From Chloroflexota bacterium (GTDB lineage: Bacteria; Chloroflexota; Anaerolineae; Anaerolineales; Villigracilaceae): a stretch of DNA of 58,567 nucleotides. Positions 7,441 to 16,780 of this stretch are shown here, piece by piece. The first letter of the stretch is position 1; each line of letters opens with the position of its first letter. Below the pieces are notes generated by a model. That model ran no database searches. It was not told the origin of the DNA and saw nothing but the letters and a program-made list of their open reading frames with translations. The position numbers and the translations under genes were made by a program. The stretch is taken from NCBI GenBank assembly GCA_016866195.1, contig VGNF01000001.1, positions 1 to 58,567 of the forward strand, read 5' to 3'.

Positions 7441-9831
7441 CTACTCGTACGCCAGGCTTTCATTGACGCTGATGCGCGTCGCCCGCCGGGAGGGCACCCA
7501 GCTGGCCAGGATCGAAAGCAGGATTACGATCGCCAGCCAGATCCACACGCCGTGATAGGCGGGATGGTATTCCGCCGGGAATTCGATGACCTGACCCAGG
7601 GTCAGGACGAAGGCCGGGCCGGCGCTCAAACCGATGGGCAGCGCCAAGATCCAGCTGATCAGCCCCAGCATCAGGCTTTCGCCGGTGAAGACAAACCCAA
7701 CCTCCCTTGAAGAGGCGCCCACCGCCCGCATCACGCCGATCTCCCGCCGCCGTTCGATGACGTTGATCGAAAGCGTGCCGGAGAGCCCCATGCTGCCGAC
7801 GATCGCCATCAGGACCGTCATGAACATCAAAAGCTGGGTCAATATGCTGAACTGCGCGCTGGCATTGGCGCGGCTTTCGGCGGCGACGTCGGAATAACCG
7901 ATCTCAATTCCCCTCCCCTTGAAGTATTCGATCAGGTCCGCCTCGATTGCCTTCTGGGTCGCCAGGCTTTGATCCGTGCCCTGGACCATGGCCACCGCGG
8001 CCTTGCCCACGTTCCGCAAAGCCAGGTTGAGCGTTTCGATGTTGGCAAAAGCCGTATTCTGGTCGCGTCCGTTCAGGTCGAAGACCAGCCCGACGATGGT
8101 CCAGCGGGTTTCGCCGACCTCGGGGAAATCGATGATGAGCTCGTCGCCCACGCCCACCCCCATTTTCCCCGCCAGCTTCTGGTTGAGCAGGATCGCCTCT
8201 CCGTCCGCCGAATGGAGCATCCGCCCGGCGGTGATCTCCGGTTTGAAGATGGGCGATTCGGAAGGGACGCCGCGCACGAAGACCTCGTACTCGCTGCCGG
8301 GTCCGCTGGTGCCGGGGATCTTCGTGTTCGCGGTGCGGAACACCCACATCTCGGCATTCTTCACGTTCGGGCGCGATTCGATCATCGGAATGACCTCATC
8401 GATCCGCTGACGCTGCTCGAAATCGATCTCCACTTCGTACCCGAATCCGGCGAAGATGCTGTCGATGGTCTGCTCGAAGGAGTGCTGGGTGTTGAGAATC
8501 ATGATGAAGAACGCGCCGGAGACGGTCAGGGTTAATAAGGTGAGCACCACCCGCCCGGGCCGCCGGAACGTGTTTCGCAGCGAGAGGGCAGCCAGGACCG
8601 GCAGGCCGCGGATGCCGGAGATCAGGCGGTCGATGAATCGCCTCCCGTATTGCCCGCGCCCCAACCCGGTCTGGCTGATGGCGCGCGCCGCGGGGACGGC
8701 CACCCCCTGCAGGACCGGGGCAAGGCCCGCCAGCAGGGGAGTCAGCAATCCCACCAGGGCCTGCAGGAGAAATACATTCGGCAGGATTTCAAAGGCGGGA
8801 ATGGGAACGTTCAACAAGTACAGCATCCACCGCGCCAGGGCGTTCCCGGCGTACGCGCCGATCGGGACGGCGATCACCAAACTCAGGAAGCCGTAGACGA
8901 AGATGGCTGAAAGGTACATCGTGGTGATCTGGTTGCGGGTGGTGCCGATGGCTTTCATGATCCCGATCTGGGGGATCTGCTGGGCGATCAGGGCATTGAT
9001 GGTGTTGATCACCAGCATGACGCTCAACCCAAGCGAGGCCACCGCCATGACAGTCAGCACCATCCCGACGCCGTTGATCATATCCTGCAGGAAATGCTCC
9101 TCGGGATGCAGGATCTCCGAATACGCCACGGAGGCACCCTGGGGTTCCAGTTTGTCGTTGATGTCGTCGATCGCCTGCTGGACGTTCGCCTCGCTGTATT
9201 CCGGGACCGTGATCTGCAGCACGTTAAAACCGTAATACCCCGCGATGCGGGTGAAATCATCCTGGGTGACGTAAAAAGCCGCATTCTGGCCGAACGGCTT
9301 GGGGAACTCCCACGGATTGCGCAGGGTCCCATCGACGGTGTACGCGCGGGGATGTTCGTTGATCTCGAAGTACACCGTTCCCCCGATGCCGGGCGCATGG
9401 AAAGAGTCGATGTGGGCGACTTCCACACCGACCCTTTTCTTATCGGGCCAGGTTCCGTCCAACAGGGTCATCCGATCGTAGGTCTGGTGCTCCCCATCAG
9501 TGTAGGCGATGAGGCGCCCATCCTGCCAATCGTCGCTGAGGGAAGCCTTCCAATGAATGTTGGAATCCGAATAGCCCTCGATTCCATCCACGCCGGGAAG
9601 CCGTTCCAGGCTTCGGATCATGTCCTCATCCACGACGCCCCGCAGCCACAGGATGGCATGAGCCGGGTTGCTTTCCACATGCGATTCCGCCATCTGCCCG
9701 ATCACGAGCGAATTGCCCGATACCACCATGCCCACAGACATCACCCCCACGGAAATGCTCATGATCACCATGGAGGTACGGCTCTTGTTCCTCCACAGGT
9801 CGCGCCAGACCTTTCGAAATGCCATGTTCAT
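7441..9831 (-). CDS. ABC transporter permease, MacB/FtsX-type with two FtsX domains
   Basis: 796 aa. The N-terminal MAFRKVWRDLWRNKSRTSMV is typical of the FtsX family, and there is a large extracytoplasmic domain. Its ATG overlaps the stop of the upstream ATPase (ATGA). Confidence 0.9.
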   Translation of the reverse strand: MNMAFRKVWRDLWRNKSRTSMVIMSISVGVMSVGMVVSGNSLVIGQMAESHVESNPAHAILWLRGVVDEDMIRSLERLPGVDGIEGYSDSNIHWKASLSDDWQDGRLIAYTDGEHQTYDRMTLLDGTWPDKKRVGVEVAHIDSFHAPGIGGTVYFEINEHPRAYTVDGTLRNPWEFPKPFGQNAAFYVTQDDFTRIAGYYGFNVLQITVPEYSEANVQQAIDDINDKLEPQGASVAYSEILHPEEHFLQDMINGVGMVLTVMAVASLGLSVMLVINTINALIAQQIPQIGIMKAIGTTRNQITTMYLSAIFVYGFLSLVIAVPIGAYAGNALARWMLYLLNVPIPAFEILPNVFLLQALVGLLTPLLAGLAPVLQGVAVPAARAISQTGLGRGQYGRRFIDRLISGIRGLPVLAALSLRNTFRRPGRVVLTLLTLTVSGAFFIMILNTQHSFEQTIDSIFAGFGYEVEIDFEQRQRIDEVIPMIESRPNVKNAEMWVFRTANTKIPGTSGPGSEYEVFVRGVPSESPIFKPEITAGRMLHSADGEAILLNQKLAGKMGVGVGDELIIDFPEVGETRWTIVGLVFDLNGRDQNTAFANIETLNLALRNVGKAAVAMVQGTDQSLATQKAIEADLIEYFKGRGIEIGYSDVAAESRANASAQFSILTQLLMFMTVLMAIVGSMGLSGTLSINVIERRREIGVMRAVGASSREVGFVFTGESLMLGLISWILALPIGLSAGPAFVLTLGQVIEFPAEYHPAYHGVWIWLAIVILLSILASWVPSRRATRISVNESLAYE

Positions 9832-10541
9832 TTGTGACCGTTCCCGTTGTGGCCGTTCCCATTATCGAACAGGTCCCCGTCCAGCACTTCCACCACGCGC
9901 GGGATTCGACCGGCCAGGCCCAGATCGTGGGTCACCATCATGAAGGTCTTGCCATCCTTGACGAGATCCTCGAACAGGTAGAAGACCTTGTCCGCGGATT
10001 TGCTGTCCAGGTTGCCGGTGGGTTCGTCGCCCATGACCAGCGCAGGGTCGTTGGCCAATGCGCGGGCGATGGCCGCCCGCTGCTGCTGCCCGCCGGAGAG
10101 GGTGTTGGGGAGTTTGTGCGCCTGATCCGCCAGCCCCACATGATCGAGCAGCTGCATGGCCCGTTCGGCGCGCTCGCGCGGCTTCCAGACCCGGCTGCAT
10201 TCCATCGGAAGAATGATGTTCTCCAGCACGGTCAGGGTGGGAAGCAATTGAAAGAATTGGAAGATGACACCCACCCCTTTACCCCGCCAGCGGGCGAGCT
10301 GGTTTTCATCTAAATCATTAAGACGCGTGCCGGCGACGAAGACATCTCCGCGGGTGGGACGGTCGATGCCGGTGATCATATTGATCAGGGTGGATTTCCC
10401 GCTCCCGGAGGGTCCGCGCACCCCGACAAATTCCCCCGCATACACCTTGAGGGTGACTTTCTTCAACGCCTCGATCGGTCCGGCCGGACCGTCGAAGGTC
10501 TTGTTCACTTCCTGAAGATCGACAATGGCATTTCCGTTCAT
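9828..10541 (-). CDS. ABC transporter ATP-binding protein (MacB/LolD-like)
   Basis: Walker [10 protein letters not shown], signature LSGGQQQR and Walker B LVMGDEPT are present. The true start is the internal ATG at 10541 ([12 protein letters not shown]...); the upstream 125 codons of the track ORF are non-coding. The tail is an odd [11 protein letters not shown]. Confidence 0.9.
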   Translation of the reverse strand: MNGNAIVDLQEVNKTFDGPAGPIEALKKVTLKVYAGEFVGVRGPSGSGKSTLINMITGIDRPTRGDVFVAGTRLNDLDENQLARWRGKGVGVIFQFFQLLPTLTVLENIILPMECSRVWKPRERAERAMQLLDHVGLADQAHKLPNTLSGGQQQRAAIARALANDPALVMGDEPTGNLDSKSADKVFYLFEDLVKDGKTFMMVTHDLGLAGRIPRVVEVLDGDLFDNGNGHNGNGHK

Positions 10542-10848
10542 GGCTTGCTCCTGTAAAAGGTGTCTGAAGTACTTACGGGAGGGTTTCGGCAAGGTTGCAC
10601 GATAAAAGTGCCTCTTCATTTTAAAGGAAACAAGCGGCGGTGAAATCCCCTGCCTGTCGGACATTCCCCCCTCTTTGTGGGGGTGGACACCCCACAATTT
10701 TCGTACGTGGGAATACACCGGGAACAGGACCATGTTCAATTTCAGAGGCAATCCGGGCTGGCATGGGCGGGAAAAGCGGGTGGGGATATTACAGCGAAAT
10801 GCTGATCTTGCGTGAGGAGGGCAGGTGCCTTTTATGGCGGGCGAGATA

Positions 10849-10882
10849 GAAAAACGGGACGATGATCTCCGACCATCGTCCC
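10849..10882 (-). terminator. Rho-independent terminator after the SH3b lipoprotein gene
   Basis: Minus strand GGGACGATG-loop-CATCGTCCC followed by GTTTTTC. Confidence 0.6.
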
Positions 10883-10909
10883 GCATGGCAATCCAGTTTG
10901 CTTTACCAG

Positions 10910-11734
10910 CTAACATTTGATCTCATAGGTCGCGCTGGCAAGCGTAAGTCCCTTGGTCTCGAGAGTAACGGTATGCACCCCGTCGATCACCTGCGGAGTG
11001 AAACTGGACGATATCTGCCCGATATCGGCGCGCGGGAAATACAGGTTTTTCTTCTTCTGCTCGCCGGCTGTATCATCCCAAAACCAGACCGTGATCTCGA
11101 GTTCACCGTCGGTGTGGATGAACGCCCAGGCCGTCACCGACTGGATCGGCCCGACGCAGCCCGGCACTTCGATCACATCCGGATCCACCCCCATGTCGAT
11201 GCGGGTGATCGAAGGCTCGGGCGTGGGATAGATCAGCGGCGCTGGTGAAGCCGCGATCTTCGGCACGTTGTTGACGTTCCCTGTGACCTTGGCGAACTCA
11301 GCCGAGATCCAGCAAAAACCCCCGGGCTGGACGGGATTCTTCACATACCACCAGGCGCCATCCTCGCTCTGGCCGGCGATCTCGACTCCTTGATCCGGGG
11401 GCAGCACGGTCACAACCTGCCAGGCCTTATGCGGACCCGTTCGGCAGTTAAGCGCCACGCCGGCAGGGATTGCCTGCGCACCTGTCAACACGGGCAGCCC
11501 GGGAAGCACAGGACCCGCGGGAACCGCGGGAAGTGTGATCGTGACCAGCGGGTTCTGCGGCGGCGGCAGGGGAATGGTGGTATTCGTGGGTCCGGCTTCG
11601 AGCGGTGCGGACGTGATTACAACCGCCTCCGCGGGCGGCAGAGCTTCCGCAGCCGTCGGCGTGGTCCCTGCCGTACAGGCAGCGATGAAGATGCAGGTGA
11701 TGGATAGACCAATCAGGGCTCGGTTTCTCATCAT
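10910..11734 (-). CDS. secreted lipoprotein with SH3b-like domain and C-terminal Ig-like domain
   Basis: Signal/lipobox ...LSITCIFIAAC, a Pro/Thr linker, then NCRTGPHKAWQVV...GAWWYVKNP...CWISA (bacterial SH3 pattern). It is a paralog of 14882..15625. The start is uncertain (11746/11734/11731). Confidence 0.65.
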   Translation of the reverse strand: MMRNRALIGLSITCIFIAACTAGTTPTAAEALPPAEAVVITSAPLEAGPTNTTIPLPPPQNPLVTITLPAVPAGPVLPGLPVLTGAQAIPAGVALNCRTGPHKAWQVVTVLPPDQGVEIAGQSEDGAWWYVKNPVQPGGFCWISAEFAKVTGNVNNVPKIAASPAPLIYPTPEPSITRIDMGVDPDVIEVPGCVGPIQSVTAWAFIHTDGELEITVWFWDDTAGEQKKKNLYFPRADIGQISSSFTPQVIDGVHTVTLETKGLTLASATYEIKC

Positions 11735-11825
11735 GCCTCCTTCCACCTACTCTCTCATCTTACACCATCTGCAGCGAGTTTGGGACAGGCCGTTGGTACC
11801 TGTCCGTTGACTGCCGCCTTCCGGA

Positions 11826-12035
11826 TCAGGTGATTTTTTTCTTCAACTCCTGCGGATCCAGGTACATCTCCACATAGCCGCAGGCCGGGCAGGCGCGCGC
11901 GGTGCTGATCTTCGTCACCACCCGCAGCATTCCGGTCTGTTGTTTCGATACGTATCCGGAAGAGCCGCTGCCGGACCAACTCATAGAGCCTTCATCCATC
12001 GGTTCCTTGCATTTGGGGCAGGGTTGGGCCTTCAT
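11826..12035 (-). CDS. small zinc-ribbon protein (CPxC...CPxCG-Y-x-E-x-Y)
   Basis: 69 aa with CPKC near the N-terminus and ACPACGYVEMY near the C-terminus, like Zn-ribbon nucleic-acid-binding proteins of the DUF2082 type (recalled from memory). Confidence 0.55.
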   Translation of the reverse strand: MKAQPCPKCKEPMDEGSMSWSGSGSSGYVSKQQTGMLRVVTKISTARACPACGYVEMYLDPQELKKKIT

Positions 12036-12210
12036 TACTAATCTCCTTTGATAACGATAAACAGGGCGCCGGTTGTTTGCCGATTATAAGGGGACATTCC
12101 CGATTCCGGCATAGCTGAGCAGCGCCAATCTGTCATCCGTTTGGTGGATGGTCTCTCCCGCCTCGTGCAGGTACACTTCGATAATAACTAACACCAGGAG
12201 GAGCAAGAAG

Positions 12211-12507
12211 ATGATGAAGAAATGCCCGGAATGCGGTTCGGGCGAGATCGTCCCGAACCTGATCGTTTTCGCTGACGACTCTGCCAATGGGCTGAATCCG
12301 CCCTACGTCAAACTGGTGGAGCCGGAGCCGGTGAAGCGTCCCTTCGTCTGGGTACCGAAGCATGTCGCCAGCGGCTTCCGTGCCGCGGTCTGCGGCGCGT
12401 GCGGCCACACCGAATTTTACACAAACCGCCACGCCGAGATCCTGGAGGCGCACAGGAAGGGATATACCAGCCAGACCTGTTCGTTGAACGTCATACCCAT
12501 TCCATGA
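12211..12507 (+). CDS. small zinc-ribbon protein, paralogous architecture to 11826..12035
   Basis: MMKKCPECG...VCGACGHTEFY. I chose the ATG at 12211, 9 nt after AGGAGG. It is divergent from the other zinc-ribbon gene. Confidence 0.55.
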   Translation: MMKKCPECGSGEIVPNLIVFADDSANGLNPPYVKLVEPEPVKRPFVWVPKHVASGFRAAVCGACGHTEFYTNRHAEILEAHRKGYTSQTCSLNVIPIP

Positions 12508-12853
12508 ATCGAAATAATGGTTGGGCAAAGGATTGCGCGTGACCTGTTCGGTACCAGATCAAGGAATACATAACTCACCTTACGCACTTTTCCGTGACCT
12601 TCGCCGTGATTCCCTCCCGACGGCCGTTCGCCCCGCGAGGGCACTGGCCCGAGACGGGGACACACCGTACCTGCACTGCCACGTACGCACGAAGTCCCCG
12701 AGCGAAGCGAGTGGGGGTGCGGTGCAAGTGTCACTCCCAGAGTTAACCCTGAGCTTGTCGAAGGGGTCGTTCAGCATGACACTGCGTATGGTGAGTACAT
12801 AATTCAAAATCCACCTGTTGGATGTAAAATAGGGATGACAGACTGGAGATATC

Positions 12854-14077
12854 ATGAAAACTTCGCGACGCATCAGGTTTCTGACGCTTGTATTCGTCCT
12901 GCTGACAGCCTTCGTGTTGCCCGCCTCAGTCCGCGCCGACGACGGCATCGTCTACGGCGAGACGATCCCCGACGGCGTGGTGGTCGATCACGACGTGATC
13001 CTGATCGGCCGGAACGTGTCCGTTGCCGGCACGGTGAACGGAAACGTCTTCATCCTCGGCAACCAGGTGCTGGTGACGGGGGACGTGAACGGCAGCCTGA
13101 TCCTGATCGCGCAGAACGCAGCCGTGGGAGGGAATGTGAGCGGCGCCGTGTATTCGACCGCGCTCACACTCGACCTGCCGCAGGAGGCTTCGCTCGCGCG
13201 TGACCTGTACGCGCTTACCGTCAGCCTGACGAGCAAGCCCGAATCACAGATCGAGCGCCACCTGTTCGCACTCGGGCTGGATGCCGGCCTGAACGGGCGG
13301 ATCGGCGGCGACCTGCACACGGTCATCGGGCCGATCCAGCTGTACAACGGGTTGATGCGCCTGCTCGGATTCGAGGAGTTGACCCTCGAACTGCACTTCG
13401 AGATCCCCGAAGGAACCGCTCCCTCCACACAAGGCGGCGGACCGCTCCCGCGCCTGCGCTTGAGGCTGCAGGCCCCGCTCCCCGCATTTGACTGGTCCGC
13501 CTGGAGCGTGAACCAGCTGCGCGCGTGGAGTGTGCTGTTCGTCGTCGGCCTGATCATGCTGTGGCTGACGCGCAAGCCGCTCGACGCGACCGCCTCCCCT
13601 CTGGCGGCGCGCCCCTGGCGGACCACCGCCCTCGGCCTGCTGGTGCTGGTGGTGACGCTGAACCTGTTCCTTGTGGCGCTGCTTTTGATCGCCTTGATCT
13701 TCGCCCTCGGCCTGGGATTGAACGCCCTCGGCTTGTGGCACGTATCCGCAGCCGTGTGGATCCTGGCCTACTCCAGCCTGGCCATTGCTCTCACCTTGTT
13801 ATGGCTTTTCATTGTATATGGCACCAAGGTGATCGTTTCCTACCATTTCGTCGGCTGGGTATTTGGGAGGTTCAACCTGCAGCGCACCGTCTGGATCGAC
13901 GTCCTGATCTTGCTGCTCGGCGCGCTGCTGTACACTCTGCTGCGTTCCATCCCCTACGTGGGTTGGGGGATCGGCCTGCTGGTCATCGCGGCCGGCATGG
14001 GCGCCGCGTGGACCGCCTGGCGCGAATCCCGCGCACCCACACCCGTGGTTAGACCGGTCCGGGCTGTGAAAAGATGA
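12854..14077 (+). CDS. membrane protein with N-terminal bactofilin-like (polymer-forming beta-helix) repeats and a C-terminal multi-TM domain
   Basis: Signal peptide, then repeated V-x-G-x-V-x-G-x-V turns (VSVAGTVNGNVFILGNQVLVTGDVNGSLILIAQNAAVGGNVSGAV), then about 5 hydrophobic helices. Confidence 0.6.
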   Translation: MKTSRRIRFLTLVFVLLTAFVLPASVRADDGIVYGETIPDGVVVDHDVILIGRNVSVAGTVNGNVFILGNQVLVTGDVNGSLILIAQNAAVGGNVSGAVYSTALTLDLPQEASLARDLYALTVSLTSKPESQIERHLFALGLDAGLNGRIGGDLHTVIGPIQLYNGLMRLLGFEELTLELHFEIPEGTAPSTQGGGPLPRLRLRLQAPLPAFDWSAWSVNQLRAWSVLFVVGLIMLWLTRKPLDATASPLAARPWRTTALGLLVLVVTLNLFLVALLLIALIFALGLGLNALGLWHVSAAVWILAYSSLAIALTLLWLFIVYGTKVIVSYHFVGWVFGRFNLQRTVWIDVLILLLGALLYTLLRSIPYVGWGIGLLVIAAGMGAAWTAWRESRAPTPVVRPVRAVKR

Positions 14078-14108
14078 ATTGCTGAGCGGACGTTCTTCTT
14101 TAAACGGA

Positions 14109-14139
14109 CAGGGACACAAAGGCGATCTTTGTGTCCCTG
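14109..14139. terminator. 13-bp perfect hairpin between convergent genes
   Basis: CAGGGACACAAAG-gcgat-CTTTGTGTCCCTG. There is no strong T-run on either side. Confidence 0.45.
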
Positions 14140-14161
14140 TGGATTGCAGGCAGCCCAAATT

Positions 14162-14290
14162 CTACAGATAGGATTGCCGGTCCCTGCTCGCGACCTCGCT
14201 GGTCTGACGGGCTTCGATCATGTTATCCGTCAGGCGGGTCAGCCCGAAAAGGATCAGGGCGGTGACAATGAATGGAATAACGAGACTCAT
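14162..14290 (-). CDS. small (42-aa) single-TM protein
   Basis: My own translation gives MSLVIPFIVTALILFGLTRLTDNMIEARQTSEVASRDRQSYL, with GGAGAAAAGT immediately upstream. It is below the ORF-track length cutoff. Confidence 0.35.
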   Translation of the reverse strand: MSLVIPFIVTALILFGLTRLTDNMIEARQTSEVASRDRQSYL

Positions 14291-14378
14291 ACTTTTCTCC
14301 TTGTCTGATAAAGCCATGGTACGCAGTGGATACACTAACTGGACGACTTGGCAGGCGCCATATCTTACACTTGCATGC

Positions 14379-14822
14379 TTAATGGATGATTAATTCCCGC
14401 GGATTTAGTTTCACACTCACCGGCTCCCCATAACCGATACCCGGAATCGGCATCGCGATCACCTCCAAAAGCGAGGGATTCTGGAAATGCCTCCGCTTGG
14501 TCTCCGGGTGAGGGTAATACACCCAGCCTTCGTATTCCACTCCGCGAAACACCACCCGGCAACGCGAAAACGAGAAATGTTCGGGCGGGTGCAGATCCGT
14601 CCATTCGACTTCTCGAAAGGTGAACTCGGGACGGATCAGCTCAAAGGTCAGGGGCCGGATATCGATGTTGAGCGTGCCGTTGAAAAACCCTTCCAGGTCC
14701 AGGCCGCGCGCCTTGAAGATCGGCCGCTGCCGGTCCAGCGACCCGTAGGGATACTCCTTCGAAGGGCCGGAAGCCACGCGATAACCCTGAACGACGCGGC
14801 CTTGAACCAATGACCCATCCAT
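14379..14822 (-). CDS. DUF120 / CTP-dependent (archaeal-type) riboflavin kinase-like protein
   Basis: GRVVQGYRVASG...FFNGTLNIDIRP...GWVYYPHPETK...SLLEVIAMP parallels, from memory, the M. jannaschii RibK pattern GEVVSGLGEG...YEGTLNLKL...EIIEIIAP. Confidence 0.5.
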   Translation of the reverse strand: MDGSLVQGRVVQGYRVASGPSKEYPYGSLDRQRPIFKARGLDLEGFFNGTLNIDIRPLTFELIRPEFTFREVEWTDLHPPEHFSFSRCRVVFRGVEYEGWVYYPHPETKRRHFQNPSLLEVIAMPIPGIGYGEPVSVKLNPRELIIH

Positions 14823-14881
14823 GGAACGATTCTAGCCCCGTTTTCTTACCTCGGCGCCTGTCGTTCACACGCGCGGGCGCC

Positions 14882-15625
14882 TCATGGGCATTCGATCTTG
14901 TAGCTCTTCTCGCCAACCTTGTCGTTCGGGCCGGTGACGATCAGCTTTACCCAAAATGACCCGGCGCTTGCGGTCGGATTGATCGTGACCTGGACGTTCT
15001 TCGAATCCGCGCCATTGAAGTTTATGCTTTGCGGAGGCAGCGCGCCTCCCTGCTGGGACTCAAAATAGTAGTTGACCTTGGCCGGTCCATTCGTCTCGAT
15101 CGTGCCTGTGACTTCGATCGGCTTTGCTGGACCGATGCAGCCCGGCAGACTACTCTCCTTCGGATCCAATTTCAAGTCCACCTTGGTTACCGAGGCCGTC
15201 GGCGGATTGATCAGCGGCAGGTTGGCCAGGTTGCCAGCCGTGACCGTGACGCTGGCTGCCACCCAGCACGGTGTGCCCGGCGCATCCTTGGTCACCACAT
15301 ACCACCAGGAAGAGTCTCCGTTCCGTCCCTGAATCGCGGCTGTATCACCCACCAGCAGGTATCCGGTGACAATCCACTCCAGGCCCGGACCGAGGCGGCA
15401 GTTCACTCCCTTGTCCAACGGCCAGGCAATTGGAATGGTGGGAGTCGCCGTCAATGTGGGAAGCGGCGTCTCCGTAGGCAGGGAGGTGGGGAGGGGCAGC
15501 GGTGTATTCGACGGAAAGAACGAAGTCTGGGTCGCCTCCACTTCCGGCGGCTCATTCGATGGCAGGTTGCATGCCGCAAGAGACACGGCAAGCATGAGAC
15601 ACGCAGCGCGTATATATGCCTTCAT
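14882..15625 (-). CDS. secreted lipoprotein with SH3b-like domain and C-terminal Ig-like domain (paralog of 10910..11734)
   Basis: The internal ATG at 15625 gives MKAYIRAACLMLAVSLAAC (lipobox), preceded by GAGAGGAG. It contains NCRLGPGLEWIV...SSWWYV...CWVAAS and a conserved PGCIGP motif. Confidence 0.7.
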   Translation of the reverse strand: MKAYIRAACLMLAVSLAACNLPSNEPPEVEATQTSFFPSNTPLPLPTSLPTETPLPTLTATPTIPIAWPLDKGVNCRLGPGLEWIVTGYLLVGDTAAIQGRNGDSSWWYVVTKDAPGTPCWVAASVTVTAGNLANLPLINPPTASVTKVDLKLDPKESSLPGCIGPAKPIEVTGTIETNGPAKVNYYFESQQGGALPPQSINFNGADSKNVQVTINPTASAGSFWVKLIVTGPNDKVGEKSYKIECP

Positions 15626-15769
15626 TGATACTCTCCTCTCTAAGGTTGGGGATGCATGATAACCCGTAATGGAATTGGCAGGCAATGGGAAAATCGGTGG
15701 ATCGAACCTGGGAGGTGCGTGCAACCCGTTCACAGTCCCCGGCGTATGTCCCCCAGAAGGAGTACCACA

Positions 15770-16621
15770 ATGAAGAAGGAATTCATAGTTGCATTTCTCG
15801 CGCTGGGGCTGGCGAGCCTGGCCTGCGGGATCAACATCAATCTGCCCGAGGCACCCGAGCCCGGCCCGCTGGTCATCGACCAAATCTCGTTGGACCCGCC
15901 TGCCTCCGGGGAGGCGCGGCTCGAACTGGCCTTCGGTGCAGGGGAATTGAAATTATCCCCCGGCACAAAGGATAAATTGGTGGAGGGCACCGCCACATAT
16001 AATTATGAAAGATTCAAACCTGTCATCGATGTCGAAGATGGCAGGGTAAAGGTCGGCCTGGACCAGGAGGACTTTGCCAGCATACCTCACCTGCGTGAGC
16101 TCCGGAACGAATGGGATTTCAAACTCGGGACCGAACCGATGGAACTGGCGGTCCGCGCCGGCGCCTATGAGGCTTCCTACGAGTTTGGCGGACTGTCGCT
16201 CACCGACCTTTCCATCAAAGACGGGGCCGCGGAGGTCGAACTGTCTTTCTCCAAGCCCAACCCCGTCGAAATGACCCTCCTCCATTATGAAAGCGGCGCC
16301 TCGAACATTAAAATGGAAGGGTTATCCAATGCCAACTTCAACGCCATGTCCTTCGAAGCCGGCGCCGGCGATTACACACTGGATTTTTCCGGTGAACTCC
16401 AGCGCGATGCCGCGGTGACGATCGAAACCGGCTTCGCCAACCTGATCCTGGTGATCCCGGACGGCTTGAGTACAACCGTCACGGTACAAAGCGGCGTATC
16501 CAATGTCAACGCCGGACCCGGTTGGGACCAGAATGGGAATCGATACACAAAGGATGGCGAGGGAGCGGAGCTTACGATCATAATCGAAATGGGAGCCGGG
16601 AACCTGACTCTCAGCCGTTGA
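15770..16621 (+). CDS. toast-rack (DUF2154/LiaF-C-like) lipoprotein
   Basis: MKKEFIVAFLALGLASLAC lipobox with AAGGAG upstream. Repetitive beta-strand rungs (GAGELKLSPG..., GAYEASYEFGG, GAGDYTLDFSG, VTVQSGVSNVNA) are typical of toast-rack putative adhesin domains. Confidence 0.7.
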   Translation: MKKEFIVAFLALGLASLACGININLPEAPEPGPLVIDQISLDPPASGEARLELAFGAGELKLSPGTKDKLVEGTATYNYERFKPVIDVEDGRVKVGLDQEDFASIPHLRELRNEWDFKLGTEPMELAVRAGAYEASYEFGGLSLTDLSIKDGAAEVELSFSKPNPVEMTLLHYESGASNIKMEGLSNANFNAMSFEAGAGDYTLDFSGELQRDAAVTIETGFANLILVIPDGLSTTVTVQSGVSNVNAGPGWDQNGNRYTKDGEGAELTIIIEMGAGNLTLSR

Positions 16622-16780
16622 GCGCAAACCATCCAATCGGGCGCGGCAAAGTCCGCGCTCGTTTGATTCGGAGTAGAAGGTCATATTTTATGGGTGACCT
16701 CCATCACTTGCCTTGTTCCCAATTGCACAATAAAATCGTGATTGACGGTAAATTTTACCTTTTTACAAGAAAGAGGCTGT

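Noticed and set aside
10542-10916. N-terminal 125 codons of the 362-aa track ORF for the ABC ATPase
   Set aside because: The ABC domain starts at the internal ATG 10541. The upstream part crosses a terminator hairpin and overlaps the stop of the upstream gene, and the peptide looks random.
12521-12948. ORFs of 93 aa (+) and 122 aa (-) in the 12.5-12.9 kb intergenic region
   Set aside because: They have no SD and low-complexity Arg/Ser/Ala peptides. They cross repeat-like hairpins and overlap the signal-peptide region of the real gene at 12854.
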